This document shows positions 35,301-48,119 of a stretch of 64,000 bases of DNA, in pieces. Position 1 is the first letter of the stretch. Each line of letters opens with the position of its first letter. Source of the stretch: Vezdaea acicularis (Eukaryota); the NCBI GenBank assembly GCA_026025075.1, contig JAPEUI010000043.1:62001-126000 (forward strand). Reading direction: 5' to 3'. The notes beneath the pieces are model-generated. The model saw only the letters and a program-made list of their open reading frames with translations. It did not search any database and was not told the origin of the DNA. A program made the translations under genes and the position numbers.

Positions 35301-38300
35301 GCGGCGTTTCTCTCCTGCCTTGATAGTATTGACTCCAAGCTTCTGCACAACAGGAAATATCCTGCGGTCGGATCTAGAGAGTTTTTCCCAGAACGAGTCC
35401 TGTACAAGGCCAGCTAGAGCACCTCCACGTGTCGCGTCCGTCGGGAAAAAGTCGTAAACTATTTCACCAACCTCTCTCCCAAGGCCTTCGAGGAATGCAT
35501 AGTAAAGGTCTGGAATAGCATTTTCTAGGAGCCATCGGTTCCAGTCAGATCCCGTATCCTTCATTCCTTCTTCGATTGCGATACTCTGGCGATCTCCTGA
35601 AAGCAGAAATGTCGCATGAACGTTCACCGGTAGATGCGATGAAAATCTCATCAACGGGAGGCAGTTGAAGAATCTGGTCGCTGGCACCTTGAATCCCGGA
35701 GCTGTGGAGATAGAGCCATCAGAAGCTATGAGCGCCGCGATTCCACATTCCGTATACTTAATGGCCCTCTTAGACCTCCCTTGAAGCTCTACTGGTATTT
35801 CAAGGGTGTCCTCAATTGCACGCCACCATTTGTCGGTCGCACATTGGTTCCTACCATCAGAAAAGGTCTTTGTGACTGAGAATTTAGCCCAGTCGGAGAA
35901 CTTTCTGTCATCATCAGTGTCATTCACTGGAGACAATGCCTCGATTACCCATGTCTTCTTCGTGTTACGCCGGACCTGGAAATCCACAGAATTTATGTTT
36001 CTCAAGTATAGCAGGCTTATCCTTGCGTGTTCGAATAAATCATCAAAGATTTGGTATGCCTTCAACGAGGTCGGGTGGTCGCCATCATTTTCTAAGAGCT
36101 CTGACGATGACCCCTTCTCGCGAAGCGGAAACCGGAATATGGTGCCATCATAGGAGTCATCGTTGCTTGAATAGCCCCAGAGCCCAACGAATGGAGCCAG
36201 CTGGTCAGGTCTTTGAGCTCTCAGCTTGGAAATCTTCACCTTTAAACCAGCTCTCCTTCGTCGCGTCCGAAAATTGAACGGTAGACATTTTTGCTGAGGA
36301 TCGAGCACCAAGAAGTACTCACCGGAGAGAATCATGGGAACGTCAGTCCAGTGGTACATCGTTTGTGAACCTCGACCGAATTTGCCGATTGTTGTGGGAT
36401 CGTCACGTTTGCTGCCTCTTCCAACGTACTTCATACCTTCAAAATCTTTATCTCGAAATACTCCATCGTTATGTATGAGAAGTGCAGGGCCTTGTAGTGC
36501 GGCTAGCTCAGGTGTCAGTACGCTCTTTGTTGAATACCTAGTTTCGTCAAGCATGAAGCTAATTTGGGTAGCATCGCCGCAGTCATCAGCGTTGGCAAGG
36601 TACTCGTGAAAAGTTGATTGTATGGGGTAACGTTCGAGTGTATCACGAATCCCATCCGTGACCTCCTCCCTTTGGTCGAATTCCTCTTCGTCCTGGTCAT
36701 TGATTTCTAAGGCCCCCCGTTCTATCTTTGAGCTAAGCGGTTCGATCCTTAAACGATCTGCAATGTCTCGGGATATCTGAGAGTTGGTTACTGGTAAAGT
36801 CTCATCCTGCATGCCAGGCCCTAAATCATTGAAGACGACATCTTCAATGTCTATAAGAGCGTTCTTCTCATCGGGTACTTTAAAACCTCTGAAGGTTTCT
36901 GCAGGGAGATGACTAGCGAGTCGTAAGACTTCTATAGCAACAGCAAGCTGTTCTTTATTCAGGGTACCCGTGTTGGGCAGATTTTTCTGACATTGTTCTA
37001 GGTCCTTGAGAGTGGGACGTTCTCTTATCTCAAATTTCGTCAAGAGATTATCATGTTTGGCCAGAAAGTTAAGGTCGACGTTGTACAAGAAAGGAGCAAG
37101 GTCTGCACAGCCCTTCCTGTAAACCTTGTGAGGCGCCACAAAACAACTAGCGCTGGTATAGACAAAGTTCATATCTTTCAAAGGTTCAAGATACTCCATT
37201 CGTAATCCAATTCGTGAAATGTACGTTAATATCCTATCAACGATCTTTGGCTTCTCTTCGTTGATGCTGCGCTGTAGCTGAGCATGAATTATTGCGGTAG
37301 ATATAGGCGTATCCCAGCCTAAAACAGAGCGCCAGCCTTTGCCCACTTCAAAGGGAAGAGATGGCATTACGTAGCTTACGAGATGTTGATCTTTCAGATC
37401 TCGGCAGTCTCCTGCCCTCATGAGGGTGCTCGGTCGCTCCGCTCCTGTTATTGGCATCCAGTATAATGCGCGAGCTATCTTTCGGAGCTCCTCATCGCCC
37501 CATAGTGCTTCTGGTATATCCATTTTGAGCATGTTTGTTGCTTGTTTTGAGACCTGCTCCACCGGCTTCTCTTTGTCCGCGTACCTCTTCATTCGATCTA
37601 GGAGAATACTCCGATCTAAGTCAATTCTCATCCCGCAATGCAGTAGGACCACACGATACGATTTAAAGAAATTTAACTCTGGACATATAAACTCATCCTC
37701 AAAGAAAAGGCTCGTAACCTTGGTGGCAGAGGGAGCGATAAGGCTGCTTGCGGCACCGTATGTCCTTGGCTTGTCAAGGCGGGCCATCTCGAGCGGTACT
37801 AAATGGAGCTTTGCAATGCGCTGTTGCGTAGACGGTGAAAGATTAGAGAACTCTCTCATGATATTACAAGAAAGGTTGAGTCGGGCTCTAGAATGAAGTC
37901 CTTCGTAGCCACCACGATCGAAGGAAGGAATTACAACATCCTCAATTAGTTGCTTGCGAGTTATTAAGTTGGCGATGCCCAGACGTTCAACCAGGCTTCT
38001 CACAAGGCCATCCGCTAGGTCTAGGCAGGTCGTTTTGATCGATGAGGGTACTGGGATGGTGAAGTCGCTCAAGCCGACGAAGCTCTCACTACCCATGAGA
38101 TTCATCCAGGAACGTGTTATTGATCTGGCATAAGCATGTTAGAAGAGATCGTTCCAAACTAAAATGTCGGCGCGGAGGACCTACGTATCGGGCTCCCTGA
38201 AGTTCCAGGACAACCCTTGGAATATACACAGCTTCCGTAGAGACTCTGCCGATATGCGATCTTGATACAGGGCCTCACGTGCTATCATTTCCATGATTGA

Positions 38301-41209
38301 GCGCTTGGTCTCGTCCTTGGCAGCTGCAAGGGGCGTCCTATCGTCTGCTAGCCACTGGACAAAGGCTTCTAAGTCACGGCCACCTCTCAATCTAAGCCCC
38401 GGGATCTCACGGGCCATTTGCATAAGGAAAGTCGCGCTATCTCCGGGCAGTGATTCGATGTCAACGATCATTGGTGCTCTAGCCATGTCGATATTTGCAA
38501 CTTCCATCATTAGTTCACGCATCTCTGGCTTAAGAATGTAAGTAGCCGTGTGCATGGCATTTGATGGCGTCAATCTTCTGAACTTCCCGTTGACTAGTGG
38601 AACTAACCACAAGGAGCCTATTACCGATAAAGCGTTTATGATCGATCCCCCCTCAGTTTCTTTGCAGCGCTTTTCAATCCATTCCCAGGATTTCAATACC
38701 CTTAGACCTGCATCTCCTTCAATTTCAATAGCGTTGCTTGACGTGTCAGCTTCGACGAAGACATTCCGCAAGCAGTACTTGCTATAAGCTTCAAGGGTGC
38801 GGAAGCGCAGCGACGAAATAGTGGTGCCTGGAGATTTCTTAAGGGTCTTTCGAAACAATTCAACCGTTTTGCTAGACATTCGATTGGTATCTAGATTTTC
38901 CTGTGGCGTCAAACTAAACAACTCCTTTTCTAAGGCATCTCGATGAAGGAATATGTCATGATTCCTTTTTAGGGAGTGAAATTCCCCATTCTCGTACGGG
39001 AAGAGGGCAAGAGTGGTCCAATCAGCAAAAAGGGGTCGGGGAGGTGAGTGGAGGATATATTCGAGCAGAAGAAGCTTTGACTCATTTGCTAGGGCATGCA
39101 GTTGGCTGAAGTTGTGAAGGTGCTTGCATATGGTACGTGAGGATAATTCTTCAACGCCGGAAAGTTGCTGAGCATACCGGAAGATAGGACCGTCAAAATA
39201 AACTATTGGTGCCCTTGCTTCCCGAAATGCTCGGCGTTCATCAAAGTTATGGGTAGGTGATGCCAGGAACAGCCCATCACTGACGGATCTGTAACCCACA
39301 TCGGTATACCAGACTGCGAGATCTTGCTGGCATGCCGCGTTCGCTACGTGCTCGCACATTGCGTCCCACAGCTCCCTCGGATCTTCTGGCTCTTGTGGCC
39401 ACAAGTGGAAGGCATTCTGCTCGGGCTTATGCTTGCGATGAGTGTCAAGAAGCTGGGCCCATGCCTCTGGGATCAGCTGGTTAAAGAGCATGCGATTCCA
39501 TTTCTCAGGTCTTCGATCCTGCACAGTCTCATCATGGCTTCCATGTAACCTTGCTCGATCAGGTGAGATGCTGAAAAGGCCATGGATATAAAGTGGTTGT
39601 TTTGTGGGTATGTGAAGCGGAAGTACGGAGAAGAGGTCTCCTTCTACCTTCTCGTCCTGGCTGCTAAGCTGAAGGGGAGCAGCTAATGCGACCCATGGAA
39701 GAAGTTTTTGTGATGCCGCCCATTGTCCTAACTCCTGGTCAAAGACGGATGGATCGATAAGATGATGAAGGAGGAAGGTATTTGTCGTTACTGGCATGTC
39801 CTTATGTTGATTCTTAAGGTCTATAGTTAGAGGTATGTCCTGACGCGTACGATCTTCAGCGCTGGAGTTGGAGAGTCGTCTAAGGGCCTCGTTGACAAGC
39901 GCCCGTTGTCTAATGACGAAATTAGCGTCAAATTCAAGATTAAAGAAACCGTCGAAGAAGCCCTGGGATCTCTGCAGATAAAAGTCCACATAAAGCAGAA
40001 CCGCAAAAGTATGTAGTATGCCAATGGGAAACTACTGGTAAACGACTTCCAAGGGCAATTTTAAATAGGTCCATAGTTTCAGGAGCCAATGCAAAAGCCG
40101 AATGTTCAGATCGGATTTTATCTGTATCTCGACACTGACTTGCCCGTCAAGGAGCCCGGAAGAATGATTCGCATTGCATGATGGGATAGTGCATCAGGGA
40201 AAGGGGTTAACGCTCTCACGTAAGAGGCGGACAGAAAGCAAGAGCTGCTGCATAGACACCCAGTGTCCCGGCCACGCATATAGGATCAAAAGCTGGTAAT
40301 ATGATCAAAGACTCACCTTGATACATGCTCGCCATTGGTGACTTCCATGCTTGCTAGTAACTCATTGTCAATGCGTAGGGTTATCTTTAAGATGTTCCTA
40401 AAAAAGACAAAGGCACCAGACTTAATCTCTTCGGCGAGAGATATCATTGCGGTTTTAACGTCTTCCAACTTTGTCTCTTCCTGACGAATGGCGCTTCGCT
40501 GTGCCCATCGAGAGTCTCTGATTGGAATGCGAATGATCGTCCCTTCAAATGGCTGATCTGGGTGCGAGAGGATGTGGGAGTAAGCTGCTAATTGATTTTT
40601 CATCGCTTCGTCTTCTGCATCTTCTGGAAAGTCGTACATAGGGCCTCCTGGAACGGGGAATTTGGAGGACCATGAGTGATGTGGGTCTAGTACGAGCAAA
40701 GTCGAGTTGGATAGTATGGACGGAGAATCAGTCCAATTGAAAACCTGGTGCTATCAGTACATTTATCCATAGTCCAAGATTTTCATGGTAACGAATCCCT
40801 ATACTTACTGAGCTGAAGCCACGACCAAATTTCCCGGTTGCGGAGACGTCATTTATCTTTGACGAATCGCCAAGCGAGGATAAGGACGCGAAGTCCGTGT
40901 CGGAGAAGGTAGCACTGTTGTGGGCAAGCAACGCAGGGCCTTGGAAGTCAGCAAGAGCTGGGTCGAGTAAAGGCGAGGTCGGATGGGACTGAGTATCCAA
41001 TACAAACTCCTTTGCTTGGTTAGCTGTGGACACATATATTGTGCGACATCGTCGAAAAGACTTACCATCGTTGAAGCGCCGGCATCGTCAGCATTCTGAA
41101 GCAATTCTCTCAAAATGCCTCCTCCGGCGGGATAGTCACGGCATATATTCCTGAGCGCCGTCGTTATGGGCTGACGCTGAGGATTGTGTCCTCTAGGCTG
41201 AGGAACCAT
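32361..41209 (-). CDS. Giant sacsin-like protein: two HSP90-like (GHKL) sacsin repeat regions plus C-terminal BTB/POZ domain, 6 exons, ~2735 aa
   Basis: Exons 41209-41066, 41009-40809, 40744-40317, 39909-38185, 38124-34296 and 34241-32361 join in phase (8208 nt). Repeat 1: RELLQNADDAGA...QGPALLAHN...TGKFGRGF..VFNWTD. Repeat 2: HEYLANADD...QGPALLIHND...IGKFGRGS..MYHWTD, with LPVNVHATF. BTB: LTDITF...AHKAVLAARSSY...IKIEDIDHKTLEFLVESAY. Confidence 0.9.
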
Positions 41210-43586
41210 CTTCACACGCACGAGATTTGTTTGTAACGAGATTATTCCGCTGAACGCAAGAATGTCATGAGCAGGAAGTACGGTCGATAGTTCAGGAGCT
41301 ATCGAAACAGATGGTATGCACAATCAACGTAAGAAGCCGTAGCACTGATGCTACAGACAAGTGATGAGCTGCAAACGAGGCTGCCGCTGGAATCCTTTTG
41401 TGCGGCGGCGGCGGAGCCTTGCCACACGGGCGGGGAGTGGTCCCTTCCGGTTGATAACGCCAGGCCTTTGCTCAATCAAATTCGCGGCTTGCCGTTGACC
41501 TGCATCCTGGAGACTATGGGTCGTCTTGATAGCCATCCCGAGGAGCATCCTCGCAACCTTGCGGTTTGCCTCGTCGAGAACCAACTCTGAAGAAAATAGC
41601 CGACCTATCATTACCTAGACGTGGGGCGAGAGGTTGTCCACTCCAAGGTAACACAGACGCTCCCAATCGGTCGCCATCCTGACGTCGCCAAGTTTCATGA
41701 TACTGTAGCCGCCCATGGGATGATATGGACAGGGGCCTGCTAGCGCATTATAGCCCCGCCTAACCGCCGTTCTCTCCCGTCAAAAAAGCTTTAGCCTCAA
41801 GGCGCTACTATAGCTCCTGGCTTTACGCGCTTTACAGACGCAGTTTCGTATGTGCATGTACGCTACAGCCGCCAACTAACATTTCGTCCCAATTATCTTT
41901 CAGGACTTGCACCTCCACCATGTAGGGGAAGGTCCCAACCCACCTCGTTCAGGTCACGAAACGTGTAACAAACCGACTAGGACCCTCTGCATGGGCAAGG
42001 CACCCGAACGGACCCTAGCGACGGCTTGAGGAATGTAAGTAAATATGGAATATTGAGGGGAAGCTGTAGAGTAGCCTTCATTGACGTCAATCTTCCCGAA
42101 TCCAGCCTCTGGATCATTCTCATCTCATCTCCGTCTCATGGCGACTTCCTCGATTCGCTCATTTTGCTTCCAAGCGGTTGGAGTGTACGCGGCGGGGCAT
42201 GCCTCCTAAGAAATAGGTTTATATTCTCCAAAATATACATAGCCCTGCAAATTCCACCACCTTTCGAGCTCATAGCGAATCATATGCCAAATTCTGAATC
42301 TATTCGAACAGTTCACCATCCGCTACTCTTACCCTGCCTTCCATGGCAGATTATGAGGCCTAGAAATCTGGGAAGAAGAAAGGCTCTATTGGATCGATTT
42401 TTGGATCCACAGAAAACTTTAAAAGGGAGAATCATTCCTCTATTGACAGCCGACCTCAAGGACAACCCTAAATAAAAAGAGTTGACAAGGGATGCCGGAG
42501 GAATGTTGAATAATTAGCGTAAATGCGCTGAGAAGCATCCAGACGGGTCATCTAAAATAGAAGAGTGGAAAGACAATGCCAGGGACACGAAGAGTTGGCT
42601 TAAAGGCCGTGGGGCCAGGCGGCTGTAGAGGATGTCCTGCAGAGAGTTGACGCTTCGAATCTCGCGGCTTTCGAGAAGCACTGAACGACTGCATCTCGAT
42701 ATACGCTCCAACGCTGCTCGGAGTCTACCCGACAACACCTCTGTAGTGACGGTTGAGGGTGATCGGCCAGTCAGTTAGAAAAATTTGATGTGGCGTTCCC
42801 TTTCTTTTCCAGAGAGTTTTGCTCCATCATAGGATGGTATTGGTACCGGAATGGCCATTATTCATTACCAATGATTGAGATGGGTCTATACGGCGATGTC
42901 TAAATAACATAGCGCCCTTGTATGAGTATCGAAGAGAAGGCTCCCAAGGTGCATCAATTATCAAGGAGAGCTGAGAGATTGTGCCCAGCATTTTAGTCTG
43001 GAACTAGTTAGAAGGACTGAAGACCTCGACAGAGTCTTCTCCAAGCACCAGTTCGAACCGCCGCGAGGAGACTCAGCGAGATTGAATGTAGACACTTGAT
43101 CCTCGCACGAGACAAAGCCTATCTCACAGCCTCTCATATACAAGAAATACATCGGTCCCCCTATTCGTTGCCCCTGTGCCTTGAGCGATGGATAAGCCCC
43201 ATTCTGATGAGATCTACACAGCAGCACTATCCACTCATCTGAACGCTCTGGGCTGCTACATACTCCTCGTCATTATGAAGACTATGACGGCGCCGAAAAT
43301 AGCTGCTTTACCCCGTCCCATCTCGGGGAGGGCGCTTGGAGCGCTGTGGAGGGGTGGTTCATGACCAGTGGCTTCGCGGAAGACAAAGCAGAGCAGAGCA
43401 TTGTCACAACAGGCTGTTTCTCTATACTGATCCATGTTACCCCTTAGGAGAGGAACAAAGGCTGCAATGAACTTTCTTCCTCTAGCCCCTTATGCAGCAG
43501 TGTTACAATCTCCTCACAAATACACTTTTTTCGAATTTGTTTGACTGCCCCTATATTCAAGACTCTGCCATCCGGTACATGCCGCC

Positions 43587-44804
43587 TTAATACTCCACCG
43601 CGAGCTCTTTCTTCACCCTCTTAACGACCGGCATACTGGCACTAGGACACAACCCCCTCAGACCCAGCTCGCAATCGCCGCACCTGCGTCCCACCGGCAA
43701 GCACACGGCCTGGCCCAAGCCCACCAGCATCTTGTTGATCTCATGCCAATGCTGCCTCGGCAGCCAGCTCTGCAGCATCTCCCGCGTCTCCTCGGGCGTG
43801 CGCGTCTTATGCCAGCCCCACAGGTTCGTGATGCGGTGCACATGCACGTCCACGCCGATACCCTCGGTCTTGCCCCACGCGGCGCTGAGACAGAGATACG
43901 CCATCTTGGGGCCGACGCCGGGCAGGCCCATCAGGCCCTCTACGGTATCCGGGATGTCTCCGTCGTACTGGTCGCGCAGGATGAGGGCCGTGGCTTTGAT
44001 GTAGCGCGTCTTGTTGTTGTGGAAGCCGACGGAGTAGATGAGTTCGTTGAGACGCTCGGGGGCAACCTCGAGGATGTTCTCGAGGCAGAGCCCACCCGGT
44101 GCCGGAAGCCCGGTTTGCAGGTTGCGCATGGCGATCGCGTTGGTGGTGTCTTTGGTTTGGGAGGAGAGCATGAGCGCGATTAGCGTCTGGAAGCGCTTAT
44201 CCTAGTCTTTGTGTTAGCATGCTGATAGAAGTACAGCGGTTGTCGAGCTTGCCCTTGGTGAGATGTTCTCCTGTGCAAGCGTCTCGCAGCCCATGGTATC
44301 CACCGGTGCGACTATGTTCTTCCTCATCTCGAGACAAGTATTATACAGCTCTTGCCAGTTTGGCGGCGCGTGTATTTCCACTTCCCCATCTTCTTTCTTG
44401 ACCTTCTTGGCCGGTTGTTTGCGAGCCTTCTTTTGGCGTAGAGGGGTGATCGTCGTCTCTTCGACCTTGACCGCGGCTCTACGAGAGGTCCGCTTTGGCG
44501 CGGGCGATGCGGTGACGCTTGTAGCGGGTGTCTCTGCACCTCTTTTGCGCTTCTTTGATGAAGATGGCAGCACGATATCTTCTATATCCCCAGCTGTAGA
44601 GGCTGTGATTGTGGAAGCAGCGGTCGGCTCATCGTCAAGGATCTCATTCTTGATAGTCGCCGAAACTACCAAATCACCCGATTGACCAATATCCGATGTA
44701 AGGGCGGAAGAGTTGGCACGCAACCTGCTGGAGCTCCGTCGGCCAGTGCTCGAGAGCGCATTGAACAGTTTCGCACTCTCCTGCGAAATGCGAGAGGTGC
44801 GCAT
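43587..44804 (-). CDS. NTH1: Endonuclease III homolog (DNA glycosylase/AP lyase), 2 exons
   Basis: [36 protein letters not shown], HhH motif [20 protein letters not shown] and Fe-S motif [19 protein letters not shown]. Confidence 0.95.
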
Positions 44805-45874
44805 CTCAATGGCTTAATAAGAGTTGGGTGGTCAAAGTGGGAGACGCGCCGGGAGCACCGAAGTCGCGAAATTCGACGATCAGCGCGTGCCGTCCCTGTC
44901 CAGCCATGTCGTCACCGAAGAAATTATTCAGTTAGGGGGCTCCTTTGGACCTCATCCAACCCCGTGCAGAAAGGGGCGCGCGATGCTTCCCGGATTAACG
45001 ACAGCGTTATTTACCACGTCGCATTGGACTGAATGATCAGTCCACCGCTGCGGCAATCCTCACGGACGTTGTCGGATTCGGAACCTTGCGGCTACCGAGC
45101 TCCAAGGGGCGACCACGCGATGTCTTGATGGGAGCGGCGACTTTCGAGCAAACATGTATTGAGCGTTGCTCACAGAGATCAAGTATGAATGGAAACCAGA
45201 ATTAAATCGAGCCTCAATATTCGGAACTGCTTAGATTTTCGTCGAGTAAAAAATGTTTTTCTTAAAGATTGACATGACAAGCTGCTGTTGCTCGAGGAGT
45301 TAACCGCTTCGGAAAGCTCGGTGACAGTTGCTGTGGTGATGAGCGTGCGCGGAGGACGCTCATTATCTATCGCACAAGGGACCACTCTGGAAGTACAGGA
45401 ATCTTCAGCATAAAACATTCACAGACTCTATTCACTTGCTCTCAGCTGCTACACTCCATCTCCCAACGCATCTCCCCAATCCTCAAGGCTTTTGATTGTT
45501 GCTGGCAGCTTGAGCGCACCTCGCCAAGACCACAGGCCGGAAAGCTCCTCCGCTCTAGCGCTGCCTGTGACGTAAAGGCGCCAGAGGTCACTTTGCCGTC
45601 GCCGGCTGCATCATCACTCGCACCGCCGTCACGCCTCGATACTTCCGCCTCCTCCGACCGCTCTGAGCCACACAACTTATAAGCTTTCCTCCCGCTCTGT
45701 TCCCTCTACTTCACTGTTACGTCTCCCCACTTCCGAGTTCATTCACATCGAATCCTAGGTACCTAAAGCCCTTCTCGCCGACGCTGAAAAGAACTCATCC
45801 GTGCGATCCGTTTCGTCAACACTCGTGCCTCGCTTTTCTCAGCATCTTCAGCGAATTCTATCACAGCCGCAAAC

Positions 45875-46498
45875 ATGAAGGCCGTCCTCATCCCCCTCAG
45901 ACTCCTCCAGGTACATGGTCTCACTGCTCAAGAATGCCCCCGGGTCACCCGCTAACAGTCAAAACAGTTCTTCTGGTCACTGCTCATTCTAGCGCTCGTT
46001 GGTAACATGATCCACGATGCCACAGCAGGAAACCCTTCAGTGGTCAACTACCAAATATTCGTCGGCGCATTCTCAATGCTCTCTCTTCTCTACTTGATTC
46101 CTGCCACATTCAGAGAGGAGTTCTCCGTGCACCCGGCGGGCCCTCCCCTGCTAGACCTCCTAAACACATTATTCTTCTTCTGCGGTGCTGTCGCGCTCGC
46201 CGCCAAGCTCGGCGCCCACAGCTGTGGCAACAAGGTACATAGCGGAACCCTTCCCACCAATTCTCACAATCTCCTCTTTTATTAACACATATTCTAGGGC
46301 TACATCAAGTCAAACTCCGTAACCAACGGCGCCAAGAACATGAGCAAGCGCTGCCACGAAGCGCAAGCAACAGACGCCTTTCTCTTCTTCGGCTTCGCAT
46401 GTTACGCCGCGTCGCTGGTGTTCTCCGCCCTCGGCGCCCGCGGATCAGGCACCACGGGTCTCCGTGGAAGAGGTGGGATTGCCAGGTCCAATGTCTAG
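45875..46498 (+). CDS. NCE102: MARVEL-domain eisosome protein Nce102-like, 3 exons
   Basis: MKAVLIPLRLLQ|FFWSLLILALVGNMI...NPSVVNYQIFVGAFS...LAAKLGAHSCGNK|GYIKSNSVTNG...RCHEAQATDAFLFF. Confidence 0.88.
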
Positions 46499-47192
46499 AT
46501 TTTTCGCAGGTGAGCGGCTTCGTACATTTGTTTGTTCAAAGCTGCTACCACCGCGCGCCACTCCGTCCAGCCTGCTAACTTTTTTTTTTGCCTGAGCAGT
46601 GGGTCGCGTCTAGAGACGTCGATGAGAAGACGAGAAAAGCCATCGATCACGTTTCTTCCTCCTCCTCCGACCTGTGCGGGCACGAGTCTGCGTTCTACCT
46701 GATTTTGCCTGCTCGCCTTGGTTTCAGTTCGTTCGGCACAACATAAAAAATTCCCGGGGCGTTTGCTTATCTTATCTCTCTGCCTCCTCCGGGGGCTTCT
46801 CTGCATCGTGAGAGGGGGTTTTGCTGGTTATGTATAGTATTCTTTTTGGAATTGTAGGGAGGTAATGCCATTAAAGGGGGGCTCTTAATCTACGGTAGCT
46901 TAATGAACATGGGAATCCAGGTATTTGGAACTTGTAATGCGCTTAATGACATTTGAGCTAAGCAACTTGTCGAAAATTTCCCCCCCTTCCCCCCTAATCC
47001 CGTACCTGACTTCCCCCTCCCCCTTACCTCGTAAGTAAAACCTTGACTCCCGCGCTTTCCCCCAAAAGTGCTGCAAATCACGACGCTACCGTATATCTCC
47101 ACCCCCTGCCCTATCCCCATCTCCTCCATCTCGTCCAAGAACGCCGAGGTAAAGAACGACCCAAAAAGCCCGGAGTCACTTGTCACCAAACA

Positions 47193-47255
47193 CTCACGCT
47201 TCTTACGCTTCTCACGCTTCTCACGCTTCTCACGCTTCTCACGCGGCTCACGCGG
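47193..47255 (+). repeat. 9-bp minisatellite (CTCACGCTT)x5 then (CTCACGCGG)x2
   Basis: ctcacgctt cttacgctt ctcacgctt ctcacgctt ctcacgctt ctcacgcgg ctcacgcgg. Confidence 0.9.
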
Positions 47256-47674
47256 GCTGAGGGCTGAGGGTTTGAACTGGGAGAGGGCGAGGGAGGGATG
47301 TGGGTGGAGGGGACTAGATTAGACTCAAACCGCTAAGGTAAGTGGGTGGAGGGGATGGTGAGGTGGTGAGTTGTGAGTTGTGAGTTGTGCGGAATGGGGT
47401 GGATGGGTGGGTATCGCTTGTATTACATGGGCCGATACGGGGGGGAGAGGGGGAAAGGAGGAGAGGAGGAAAGGAGGAAGACGAGGTCTCGAGTCTAGAG
47501 TCGCGGATGAGTTGGGGTGACTTGGAGGGGTATGATTACCCCCCCCCGGAGCGCTCCAGATAGGGGGTTTACAATGGGGTGGGAGGCGTGGATGGAGGGG
47601 ATATGTGCTGACTGGCTAACCAGCCAGTTGCTTTGCCGGTTACTGTGTACATAGGACCGGGATGGGGGGGTATG

Positions 47675-47683
<9 letters not shown>

Positions 47684-47732
<49 letters not shown>
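47684..47732 (+). repeat. (AG)~24 microsatellite
   Basis: Uninterrupted AG run preceded by (TAGA) units. Confidence 0.97.
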
Positions 47733-47736
<4 letters not shown>

Positions 47737-48119
47737 TAAGCCAGGCAAGACCGTAGTCAAGGACAAGATCAAGATCGAGGAGAACTATATACCCTCTTTG
47801 GAAACAGGTCACGTGAAGACAGTGCTACACTCAGAAGGACTCTATGTGGTAGAGGGGGGGATGGGGTGTAGAGTTTCTGGGTTCGATTGACTAGAAAGGT
47901 GGGGTGGTTGGTGTGTGTATATATATAATCCGGTATTCAGTATGTTGCAAGTATCATCATCGTCGTCGTACCTACGCCTAGCCAGGCCCGAGACGTCGCA
48001 AATAGAGGAAGAGAGGAAAAGTGGGTGATCCCATCAGGCCGAAAAGTTCGGGGTTATGAAATGATTTCCTTCAAGATAGGGAAACTCATCGGCCAGGAAC
48101 ATACTGCAAAGCAAAGGAG

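Noticed and set aside
31658..43586. Sacsin-like locus as a bona fide mobile element (Starship or DNA transposon)
   Set aside because: No transposase or tyrosine recombinase, terminal inverted repeats or target-site duplication could be identified.
47193..47255. Regular repeat array considered as CRISPR-like or as a coding repeat (TLL/RFS)n
   Set aside because: Contiguous 9-mers without spacers in a eukaryotic intergenic region; a simple minisatellite.
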